From: Clostridia bacterium
GTDB taxonomy: Bacteria > Bacillota > Clostridia > UMGS1840
Reading direction: 5' to 3'
DNA length: 45,458 nt
Assembly: GCA_045580405.1 (NCBI GenBank)
Contig: JAZNNT010000004.1
Coordinates: forward strand, 1 to 45,458
A program made the position numbers and the translations under genes. The notes below the pieces were generated by a model. It was not told where the DNA came from, did no database searches, and saw only the letters and a list, made by a program, of their open reading frames with translations. Position 1 is the first letter of the stretch. Each line of letters opens with the position of its first letter. This document shows, piece after piece, positions 38,701 to 45,356 of this stretch.

Positions 38701-41008
38701 TGAGGCAAAAGACGAAAATGCCGACAACGAAGCAATTGTAAACCTTTATATGAAGGCAAATCCCTTCACCTTAGGTTACCGTGTTGATGCTTCTGCCATC
38801 GGGGAAGACTTCCGTCCCACCGATTTGGTATTGGAGCTTCGTCACGACCATTGGAGCGGTTCCGATGTAAGCTATGAAATCATCAGAAACGACCTGACAG
38901 TTGCGCCTTACAATCTGTCCGGTATCAGCGAGCCCATCTCTGCGATTGATGTGCCCCGTTATCATGCAAACGGTTACTTATACGATTATGTGGTTTCCGT
39001 TCTGCATTATGATATCACCGAACCCTCTATGGCAGATGACGGCAACGGTTGGGATAACAGACATTATTATCACGATACCTTAACTCCCGGCTATTTTGCG
39101 GCACCCTTCTCCATCAATTACACAGGTCCTGCAAGCTACAGCGCTGTGCAAAACAGCGACGGCTTGTACCAGGATGTGACCTTGGTGGCGGCATTGATTC
39201 CCAATCAGTACAATATTCATTACGAATTAAACGGCGGTACCTGGGTGGATGAAAGCAACATCGGCCCCGCAAAACACACCTGGAGCTTACCCACCAACAT
39301 TCCCGATCCTGTTCGTGCAGGATATATCTTCACCGGCTGGACTGCCGATGTTGCAGGCAGCTTTGATGAAAGTGCAGACCAAATCAAAGCAAACATCTGG
39401 GAGGATGTTACCTTAACTGCAAACTGGACGGCAGATACCTGGAAGGACTCCGACCCGGATGCTCACAATGAGGGAGACGACATTCCCGACGAACAGCAGA
39501 TTCTGGTACTCTATTATTCGGGCAATCCCGATTACGGTACCGTCAACAAGGATTTTGAAGTCATTACCGTTTCCGGCTCCGGCAATGTGGATATCAGCGG
39601 CGTTAGTGCAACTCCCAACAGCGCCGACTACAATTTTATAGAGTGGAAGCTGGACGGAACCACCGTTACCGTTAACCCCGACCTGACATACACCATTACC
39701 GGTGCAGTGGGCGGCACAGTTTACACCTTTGTGGCAAACTTTGCACCCGTTGACGACTGGAAGGATGACGACACCGGTGACGATATTACCGGCGGCGACG
39801 GTATCCCCGATAGCCGGCAGGTAAAAATCGTTTACGAATCCTCCAATCTGATTTTCGGTACTGCGGATAAGGAATTTGATATTATCAGTATTCCCGCTTC
39901 CGGCAATGTGACTGCAAGTGCCACCGCAGTTGCAAATACAGGATATCATTTCACCCAATGGAATCACAATGGTTCTGCTGTGGGCAATACCCCCACCTTA
40001 ACCTATGAAATCATTGGTGCCATCGGTGGCGAAACCTACACCTTTGTGTGTGACTTTGCAGCAAATTCTAATTCCGGTGGCGGCGGTGTCAGCAAATATA
40101 CACTCACCTATGAAACCAACGGCGGAAATGAAATTCCCAAAGGAACTTATTCTTCCGGCACCACTGTTCAATTGGACGCTGTTCCCGAAAAAGACGGCTA
40201 CATTTTTGACGGATGGCACTCCGACAGCGAACTTAAAGAAGATGTTACCCAAGTGAAAATGACCAAAAACATCACCGTATATGCGGCATGGATTTTGGAT
40301 AACGGCAATGCAGGCAACGGTCACGAAACTCCCAAGGATTTAAACGGTGACGACCATTTTGCATACATTCAGGGTTATCCCGACGGCACCGTGGGTCCCG
40401 ACCGCAGCATCACCCGTGCAGAGGTGGCAACCATTTTCTTCCGTCTGCTGGACGAGGATGTGAGAAAACAGTATCTGACGAGCGAAAATCACTTTGTGGA
40501 TGTGACCAAATACGATTGGCACAACACCGCAATTTCTACTCTCACGGCAATGGATATTTTAAACGGAAGAGATGATAATTTCTTTGATCCCAACGCTCCC
40601 ATTACCCGTGCAGAGTTTGCGGTAATCTGCGCAAGATTTGACGATTCTTCCTATCAGAAAACCAAAGATTTCTCCGATATTTTCGGTCATTGGGCAGAAG
40701 AAGAAATCGCGGAATCGGCTGCTCACGGATGGTTTCGCGGCTATGATGACGGCACCTTCCGTCCCGATGCGGATATTACCCGTGCGGAAGCTGTGACCAT
40801 GATTAACCGTGTGTTAAACAGAATCCCCGAAACCGCAGAGGACCTGTTGGCGGATATGGTAATCTGGCCCGACAACAGCGACCCGGATATCTGGTATTAT
40901 CTGAACATTCAGGAAGCAACCAATTCCCACGACTATGTGATGAAAAATCACATTTATGAGACCTGGACGGCAATCAACGAAAATCCCGACTGGTCGCAGT
41001 ACGAATAA
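35711..41008 (+). CDS. Giant cell-surface protein (1765 aa) with Listeria-Bacteroides-type repeats and three C-terminal SLH domains
   Basis: Signal peptide. At least 8 Y-x-F-x-(G/E/Q)-W repeat cores (YQFTGWKD, YTFSGWE, YAFVEWQD, YTFEGWY, YIFTGWT, YNFIEWK, YHFTQWN, YIFDGWH). The C-terminal SLH triplet includes GYPDGTVGPDRSITRAEVATIFFRLL and GYDDGTFRPDADITRAEAVTMINRVL. Confidence 0.85.
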   Translation: MKKQLVSILLVLAMLASVLPLQILAAVPQNQRPSNPATNLVIGILNDENADGDGEFPNEPSVTGYDYYYLQSNLSLSTSFWSANFTSNGAGNYINTANFWNDERIVRNAAGNAFGYYNPEGLDLANDPFFQDGLETVINEQTIIENWIARENLSGVSASDYRLLFYVLKYETGSTSGYHLDAKVVKKNNVVLSYDANKPAGVTADIVLPSSHSVPVNTNVTVEELNSRYHLISDGDTSYQFTGWKDASGNSYPAGTTFALAASTVLYAQWKPINKYTVQWLNYNDALLYEQLYDHGDAHDEVNDYSGEAPQRPADSHYTYTFSGWELITGTYNSANGITEDLTYRATYDATAITFTATVQVVLNGTFDTNGNPDSSDPGTLIDIEDVADSDGNLYLKKADGTGEYVLLTKTGTGIYQNDTMANGDYLVYRYDGTAYHQIGTQELTIANADRIRYLPFYSVEYFDGVSAVPIETQYYYIGSSVNVSENVPTQSGYAFVEWQDEQDNSYQPGTPHLSVELTDSIVKAYELTAQWENAKSVKVTVVVNHNGRTHGEIDEELRIQLTRKNSENNYIEVNGAAAAAAYDKADWYDGGTTSGDVTTYEAGIVFTDLDPDYAYGAHAFIEGYHVDTTQGTNGLTITENGDEYEVTVYLIYNPDGYELEFTVEVKDTVADRLVPVAADIQVTRWNGSEWAVIPEHEGQSVEVTIDPATRQGTGKVQVWGFDGSNPYLYRIHVIGVDLGDYQLALSGTDNETYTSLTNAIFPMGAYDAVVTVDADLSEGGLAGAHAVQNGGSLEHHGTILATIDAYPYTISLDPNGGHWNDDSSAPQTIENRFSVPDISGYIPRQDGYTFEGWYLADETTTVAQGDAISDYVSTPGGTLELFAKWKPDITVKGDVVVGINFPCTDDSRTVLVALQMWKEGGSYDVTVATEIVTITPIAGQPYAVGSYEFDNVPAQNHYRVAAIVPVGSGDVLYQNETTVLADGNIYNELNYQATDYEAKDENADNEAIVNLYMKANPFTLGYRVDASAIGEDFRPTDLVLELRHDHWSGSDVSYEIIRNDLTVAPYNLSGISEPISAIDVPRYHANGYLYDYVVSVLHYDITEPSMADDGNGWDNRHYYHDTLTPGYFAAPFSINYTGPASYSAVQNSDGLYQDVTLVAALIPNQYNIHYELNGGTWVDESNIGPAKHTWSLPTNIPDPVRAGYIFTGWTADVAGSFDESADQIKANIWEDVTLTANWTADTWKDSDPDAHNEGDDIPDEQQILVLYYSGNPDYGTVNKDFEVITVSGSGNVDISGVSATPNSADYNFIEWKLDGTTVTVNPDLTYTITGAVGGTVYTFVANFAPVDDWKDDDTGDDITGGDGIPDSRQVKIVYESSNLIFGTADKEFDIISIPASGNVTASATAVANTGYHFTQWNHNGSAVGNTPTLTYEIIGAIGGETYTFVCDFAANSNSGGGGVSKYTLTYETNGGNEIPKGTYSSGTTVQLDAVPEKDGYIFDGWHSDSELKEDVTQVKMTKNITVYAAWILDNGNAGNGHETPKDLNGDDHFAYIQGYPDGTVGPDRSITRAEVATIFFRLLDEDVRKQYLTSENHFVDVTKYDWHNTAISTLTAMDILNGRDDNFFDPNAPITRAEFAVICARFDDSSYQKTKDFSDIFGHWAEEEIAESAAHGWFRGYDDGTFRPDADITRAEAVTMINRVLNRIPETAEDLLADMVIWPDNSDPDIWYYLNIQEATNSHDYVMKNHIYETWTAINENPDWSQYE

Positions 41009-41052
41009 TGTGACACAGGGAGAAATCTCTGCTGTTTCACCAATTCTCCTGC

Positions 41053-41088
41053 AAAGAAGCTGTGCCTTGCGGCACAGCTTCTTTTGTG
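41053..41088 (+). terminator. Rho-independent terminator
   Basis: 14-bp perfect stem AAAGAAGCTGTGCC-ttgc-GGCACAGCTTCTTT, then TTG. Confidence 0.8.
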
Positions 41089-41108
41089 AAAATTTTTATA
41101 AAAAAATA

Positions 41109-41137
41109 TTGTAAAATTTTTTTGGGTATGATATAAT
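41109..41137 (+). promoter_or_regulatory. Sigma-70-type promoter for the flavodiiron gene
   Basis: TTGTAA (41109-41114), 17 nt, TGaTATAAT (41129-41137). Confidence 0.55.
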
Positions 41138-41219
41138 AAACAAAATGGAATTATTTTGAGATTTTCTGTTTTAATTACTCCATAAATTGGAGAAACTAAA
41201 CTTACATATAAGAGGTGAT

Positions 41220-43010
41220 ATGATGGAAATTACCAGAGATATTAAATACATCGGGGTAAACGACCACATTGTGGATTTGTTTGAAGGGCAATATGATGTG
41301 CCAAACGGCATGTCCTACAATTCTTACGCTATTTTAGACGAAAAAATTGCCATTATGGACACAGTGGACCAGAATTTTACTCACGAATGGCTGGATAACA
41401 TTCAGAATACCTTGGGCGGCCGTAAACCCGATTACCTAATCGTGCAACATATGGAGCCTGACCATTCTGCCAACATTGCAAACTTTGTGAAGGCATATCC
41501 CGATGCAAAAATCGTGTCATCCCAAAAAGCATTTGCTATGATGAAGCAGTTTTTCGGCACTGATTTTTCGGACAAACAAATCGTGGTAGGGGAAGGGGAC
41601 ACCTTATCCTTAGGCCAGCATAACCTGACCTTTGTGACCGCTCCCATGGTTCATTGGCCGGAGGTTATTGTGACCTATGATTCCACCGATAAGGTGCTCT
41701 TTTCTGCAGACGGCTTCGGCAAATTCGGGGCATTGGATGTGGAAGAAGACTGGGCTTGTGAAGCACGCCGTTACTACATTGGTATTGTTGGAAAATACGG
41801 TGCGCAGGTGCAGAATCTTTTAAAAAAAGCAGCAGGCTTGGAAATTGAAAAAATCTGTCCCTTACACGGCCCCGTGCTGACGGAAAATTTGGGTTATTAC
41901 CTCAATTTATACAACATCTGGTCAAGCTATCAGCCCGAGGAAGAGGGCATTGTAATTGCCTACACTTCCGTATACGGCAACACCAAAAAAGCGGTGTTAA
42001 AATTAGCAGACATGTTAAAAGCCAAGGGCTGCCCCAAGGTTGTGGTAAACGATTTGGCACGTTGCGATATGGCAGAAGCGGTAGAGGATGCATTCCGTTA
42101 CAGGAAACTGGTGCTTGCCACCACGACCTACAATGCGGAAATTTTCCCCTTTATGAGGGAATTTATCAGTCATCTGACCGAGCGGAATTTCCAAAACCGT
42201 ACCGTGGCATTTATGCAGAACGGAAGCTGGGCACCCTTAGCCACCAAGGTGATGAAGGAGCTGCTTTCTAAATCCAAAAACTTAATCTTCTCGGAAAATG
42301 AAGTAACCATTCTTTCTTCCTTAAATGACGAAAGCAGTGAACAGCTTACCAAATTATCCGACGAGCTTTGCCAGGATTACTTAGCGCAGCAGGGCGAATC
42401 GGTCGATAAAAACAATCTGACGGCTCTCTTTAACATCGGCTACGGCTTGTATGTGGTTACCTGTCATGACGGGAAAAAAGACAACGGACTGATTGTGAAT
42501 ACCGTAACTCAGGTCACCAATACTCCCAATCGGATTGCCGTTACCATCAACAAAGAAAACTATTCCCACCATGTTATCAAACAAACCGGAAAGATGAATA
42601 TCAACTGCTTAACCACCGATACTCCCTTTTCCGTGTTTGAGCAGTTCGGCTTCCAAAGCGGAAGAAATGTGGACAAATTTGAAGGTGCCGATGTGCTTCG
42701 TTCGGATAACGGACTGGTATTTTTATCCCGCAATATCAATTCTTTTATGTCCCTGAAGGTAGAAGATTATGTGGATTTGGAAACCCACGGCATGTTTATT
42801 TGCTCGGTATCTGAGGCAAGAGTAATCAATCAGGCAGAATCTATGACCTATTCCTATTATCATCAGAATGTGAAACCCAAACCGCAGACCGACGGCAAAA
42901 AAGGTTATGTCTGCAAAATCTGTGGCTACATTTACGAAGGGGAACCTCTGCCGGAAGACTTCATCTGTCCCTTATGTAAACACGGCGCAGCTGACTTTGA
43001 AAAACTATAG
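41220..43010 (+). CDS. Multidomain flavodiiron protein: diiron MBL core, flavodoxin domain, flavin-reductase-like domain and rubredoxin
   Basis: HMEPDH (H-x-E-x-D-H diiron motif). Flavodoxin-like IVIAYTSVYGNTKK. Flavin-reductase-like YGLYVVTCHDGKKDNGLIVNTVTQV. C-terminal rubredoxin YVCKICGYIY...FICPLCKHG. The start is ATG 41220 or 41223. Confidence 0.85.
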   Translation: MMEITRDIKYIGVNDHIVDLFEGQYDVPNGMSYNSYAILDEKIAIMDTVDQNFTHEWLDNIQNTLGGRKPDYLIVQHMEPDHSANIANFVKAYPDAKIVSSQKAFAMMKQFFGTDFSDKQIVVGEGDTLSLGQHNLTFVTAPMVHWPEVIVTYDSTDKVLFSADGFGKFGALDVEEDWACEARRYYIGIVGKYGAQVQNLLKKAAGLEIEKICPLHGPVLTENLGYYLNLYNIWSSYQPEEEGIVIAYTSVYGNTKKAVLKLADMLKAKGCPKVVVNDLARCDMAEAVEDAFRYRKLVLATTTYNAEIFPFMREFISHLTERNFQNRTVAFMQNGSWAPLATKVMKELLSKSKNLIFSENEVTILSSLNDESSEQLTKLSDELCQDYLAQQGESVDKNNLTALFNIGYGLYVVTCHDGKKDNGLIVNTVTQVTNTPNRIAVTINKENYSHHVIKQTGKMNINCLTTDTPFSVFEQFGFQSGRNVDKFEGADVLRSDNGLVFLSRNINSFMSLKVEDYVDLETHGMFICSVSEARVINQAESMTYSYYHQNVKPKPQTDGKKGYVCKICGYIYEGEPLPEDFICPLCKHGAADFEKL

Positions 43011-43250
43011 CCGAAACTTACAATACCAAAGGCGGTTTTTATCTATGAATTTCCGCATAGACTGTGTTAAAATGCTCGGGCATACACAAAGTATTCCCTG
43101 CGCTTTTGCCTTGTCTATCCGAAAATTCAAGCGATAAAAACATGGAAAATAATCAAGAAATTCATTGTCGGTTAACACCTTTGGCATTGTGCGTTTCAGC
43201 TTGAAACAATAAAAAAATAATTATAATAATTTTATGGAGGAATAACAACT

Positions 43251-43409
43251 ATGGAAAAATATGTATGTGACGCTTGTGGCTGGGTATATGACGAAGCAGA
43301 AGGCGCTCCCGATTTAGGAATCGCACCCGGCACCAAATGGGAAGATGTTCCCGAAGATTTCGCCTGCCCCTTATGCGGTGTCGGCAAGGATCTGTTTACA
43401 AAAGAATAA
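43251..43409 (+). CDS. rd: Rubredoxin (52 aa; below the ORF-track length cut-off)
   Basis: My own translation gives [52 protein letters not shown], with CxxCG...CPxCG motifs. GGAGG lies 9 nt upstream. Confidence 0.9.
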   Translation: MEKYVCDACGWVYDEAEGAPDLGIAPGTKWEDVPEDFACPLCGVGKDLFTKE

Positions 43410-43483
43410 TCTTTTTTTGAAATTTCCCGTTAGCGGGATTGGTTTTAAAACAAATTATAAATTTATATACGGAGGAATTAAAA

Positions 43484-44020
43484 ATGTCCAAATATCAAGG
43501 AACTCAAACCGAAAAGAATTTAATGGCAGCCTTTTCCGGCGAAAGCGAAGCAAGAAATAAATACACCTATTTTGCTTCCAAAGCAAAAAAAGACGGCTAC
43601 GAACAGATTGCAGCCCTCTTTTTGAAAACTGCCGATAACGAAAAAGAACACGCAAAACTGTGGTTCAAAGAATTAGAAGGCATCGGCGATACTGCTGATA
43701 ACTTAGTTGCTGCTGCAAACGGTGAAAACTACGAATGGACTGAAATGTATGCAGGTTTTGCTGAAACCGCTGAAAAAGAAGGCTTCACCGAGCTGGCTGC
43801 AAAATTCCGTATGGTTGCAGCCATCGAAAAATCTCATGAAGAACGCTATCGTGCACTTTTAAAGAACGTGGAAACCAAAGAAGTATTTAAAAAAGCAGAA
43901 ACCAAGGTTTGGGAATGCCGTAACTGCGGTCACTTGGTAACCGGTGATAAAGCACCCGAAGTTTGCCCCACTTGTGCGCATCCCCAGGCATACTTTGAAA
44001 TCCACGCAACCAATTATTAA
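43484..44020 (+). CDS. rbr: Rubrerythrin
   Basis: [30 protein letters not shown], and a C-terminal rubredoxin-like WECRNCGH...CPTCAHP. GGAGG RBS before ATG 43484. Confidence 0.92.
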   Translation: MSKYQGTQTEKNLMAAFSGESEARNKYTYFASKAKKDGYEQIAALFLKTADNEKEHAKLWFKELEGIGDTADNLVAAANGENYEWTEMYAGFAETAEKEGFTELAAKFRMVAAIEKSHEERYRALLKNVETKEVFKKAETKVWECRNCGHLVTGDKAPEVCPTCAHPQAYFEIHATNY

Positions 44021-44045
44021 AAACTTGATAAAAGAACCCAAGAAC

Positions 44046-44129
44046 GCGACAAGCATAAGGAATAAACCATAAATTTTTCTAAGGTGAAATTTCGTTTAGG
44101 AACGAAATTTGATTAAAAATGCTTGTCGC
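44046..44129 (+). repeat. Nested hairpin structure downstream of rbr
   Basis: 11-bp perfect outer stem GCGACAAGCAT (44046-44056) / ATGCTTGTCGC (44119-44129). It encloses the 10-bp perfect hairpin AAATTTCGTT-tagg-AACGAAATTT (44087-44110). Confidence 0.6.
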
Positions 44130-44130
44130 T

Positions 44131-44187
44131 ACGAACAAACTTGCACTCTCGCAGTACCTATGTACAGCTTCGGTTTAGTTTGTTCGT
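44131..44187 (+). repeat. Reduced copy of the branched-hairpin repeat
   Basis: 10-bp perfect stem ACGAACAAAC (44131-44140) / GTTTGTTCGT (44178-44187) around a GCAGTAC-ctat-GTACAGC hairpin. Confidence 0.55.
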
Positions 44188-44224
44188 TCTGAGTCCTTTT
44201 CTCTGCGTTTTACGGTTTGAAAAA

Positions 44225-44370
44225 ATGCGCCAAACGAACCAACCTCACCGCTCGCCGTACACTCGGTACGGCTTCGGGTAACCACCTTCGGTGTTCGGTT
44301 GTTCCGTTTTGCATCCATTTTTCTGCACCTTTGGTAGTGCAAAGATGCATCCTTTTCTCTGCGTTTTTTG
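44225..44370 (+). repeat. Full copy of the branched-hairpin repeat plus a trailing hairpin
   Basis: The 27-nt CTCGCCGTACACTCGGTACGGCTTCGG is identical to the copy at 15390-15416. P2 at 44254-44272. Trailing nested hairpin GCATC..TGCAC..GTGCA..GATGC (44311-44348). The 18-mer TCCTTTTCTCTGCGTTTT is repeated at 44194-44211 and 44350-44367. Confidence 0.65.
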
Positions 44371-44424
44371 GTTTGCTGATGAAGAAAAGAAATCTTCAGT
44401 AAAAAAACCAAAAAATCAAAAACT

Positions 44425-44465
44425 AACAAGAGATTCCCGCAAAAATGCGGGAATTCTCTTGTTTT
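44425..44465 (+). terminator. Strong hairpin with T-run, 21 nt upstream of the ZIP start codon
   Basis: AACAAGAGATTCCCGC-aaaaat-GCGGGAATTCTCTTGTT (~17 bp with one bulged A), then TTTT. Confidence 0.7.
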
Positions 44466-44485
44466 ACATAAGCAGGTGATTTGCT

Positions 44486-45238
44486 ATGACATTAGTACTG
44501 ATTACAGCATTGGGAGTTGGCGGCGCCACCTTAATCGGTGCGCTTATCGGCTTCCTTTTTAAAAAACAGACTCATAAATTTTCCGACATCGTGCTGTCTT
44601 TTGCGGCAGGTGTGATGTTTGCCGCGGCGGTGGTCGGGCTGATTATGCCGTCTTTGGAATACGGCGGCGAAAACGGTCTTTGGATTACCGTGGCAGGGAT
44701 TTTTGTGGGGGCAGTGTTTTTAAATATTTTAGATAGACTGGTGCCCCATCTTCATAAACTGGCAGGGGCAGACATTGAACCTCATCAGGAGACAAGCCTT
44801 AGCAAGGTGCTTTTGTTTGTGATGGCAATTGCCATTCATAACTTGCCCGAAGGCCTTGCAGCAGGGGTTGGCTTCGGCACAGATAACACCGAACAGGCGT
44901 TGGTCATCGCAGGAGGCATTGCTCTGCAGAATATCCCCGAAGGGATGGTCATCATCGGTCCGATGCTGGCAGCGGGAGTATCCCGAGGCAGAACCTTTTT
45001 AATTGCCTTGATTACAGGGTTGATAGAGGTGGTTGGTACCCTTCTCGGATACTTCTCTGTTTCCCTTTCCACAGCTGTGTTGCCCTTTATGCTTGCTTTT
45101 GCAGGCGGAGTAATGCTCTATGTGATTAGTGACGAAATGATTCCCGAAACCCACGCTCACGGACACGAGCGAAGTGCAACCTTCTCCTTCTTAATCGGTT
45201 TCTGTGTGATGCTTATAACAGACACTCTGCTTGGCTAA
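44486..45238 (+). CDS. ZIP-family divalent metal (zinc) transporter
   Basis: Polytopic membrane protein. HNLPEGLAAGVGF and LQNIPEGM motifs are typical of ZupT/ZIP. Confidence 0.85.
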   Translation: MTLVLITALGVGGATLIGALIGFLFKKQTHKFSDIVLSFAAGVMFAAAVVGLIMPSLEYGGENGLWITVAGIFVGAVFLNILDRLVPHLHKLAGADIEPHQETSLSKVLLFVMAIAIHNLPEGLAAGVGFGTDNTEQALVIAGGIALQNIPEGMVIIGPMLAAGVSRGRTFLIALITGLIEVVGTLLGYFSVSLSTAVLPFMLAFAGGVMLYVISDEMIPETHAHGHERSATFSFLIGFCVMLITDTLLG

Positions 45239-45251
45239 TAAAGAACGCCAT

Positions 45252-45288
45252 AAAAAAGCTCTCTAAATGCGTTTAGAGAGCTTTTTCT
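45252..45288 (+). terminator. Rho-independent terminator
   Basis: AAAGCTCTCTAAA-tgcg-TTTAGAGAGCTTT, followed by TTTC. Confidence 0.85.
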
Positions 45289-45356
45289 TGGTGCCTTTAG
45301 GCGTGGAAATAAACCCCCAGTTCTACTGGGGGAGGATAAAAAAGCTTTAGCAAAGG

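Noticed and set aside
39413-39967. 184-aa ORF antisense to the giant surface protein gene (also 36774-37244, 37040-37363 and other antisense ORFs)
   Set aside because: These are antisense shadow ORFs within a repeat-rich, GC-richer gene. They have no RBS, and their Gly/Val/Cys-rich composition reflects the sense-strand codons.
43005-43187. 60-aa minus-strand ORF (and the 42907-43137 plus-strand ORF) between the FDP and rubredoxin genes
   Set aside because: There is no Shine-Dalgarno before either start. The region is better explained by the nested inverted repeats.
43345-43560. 71-aa ORF spanning the rubredoxin/rubrerythrin junction
   Set aside because: It is out of frame with two clearly real genes (rd 43251-43409 and rbr 43484-44020) and crosses their intergenic hairpin.
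44175-44479. Three overlapping 61-84 aa ORFs in the rbr to ZIP spacer
   Set aside because: All are composed of the hairpin repeats, overlap one another on both strands and lack an RBS. The structure is better explained as non-coding repeats.
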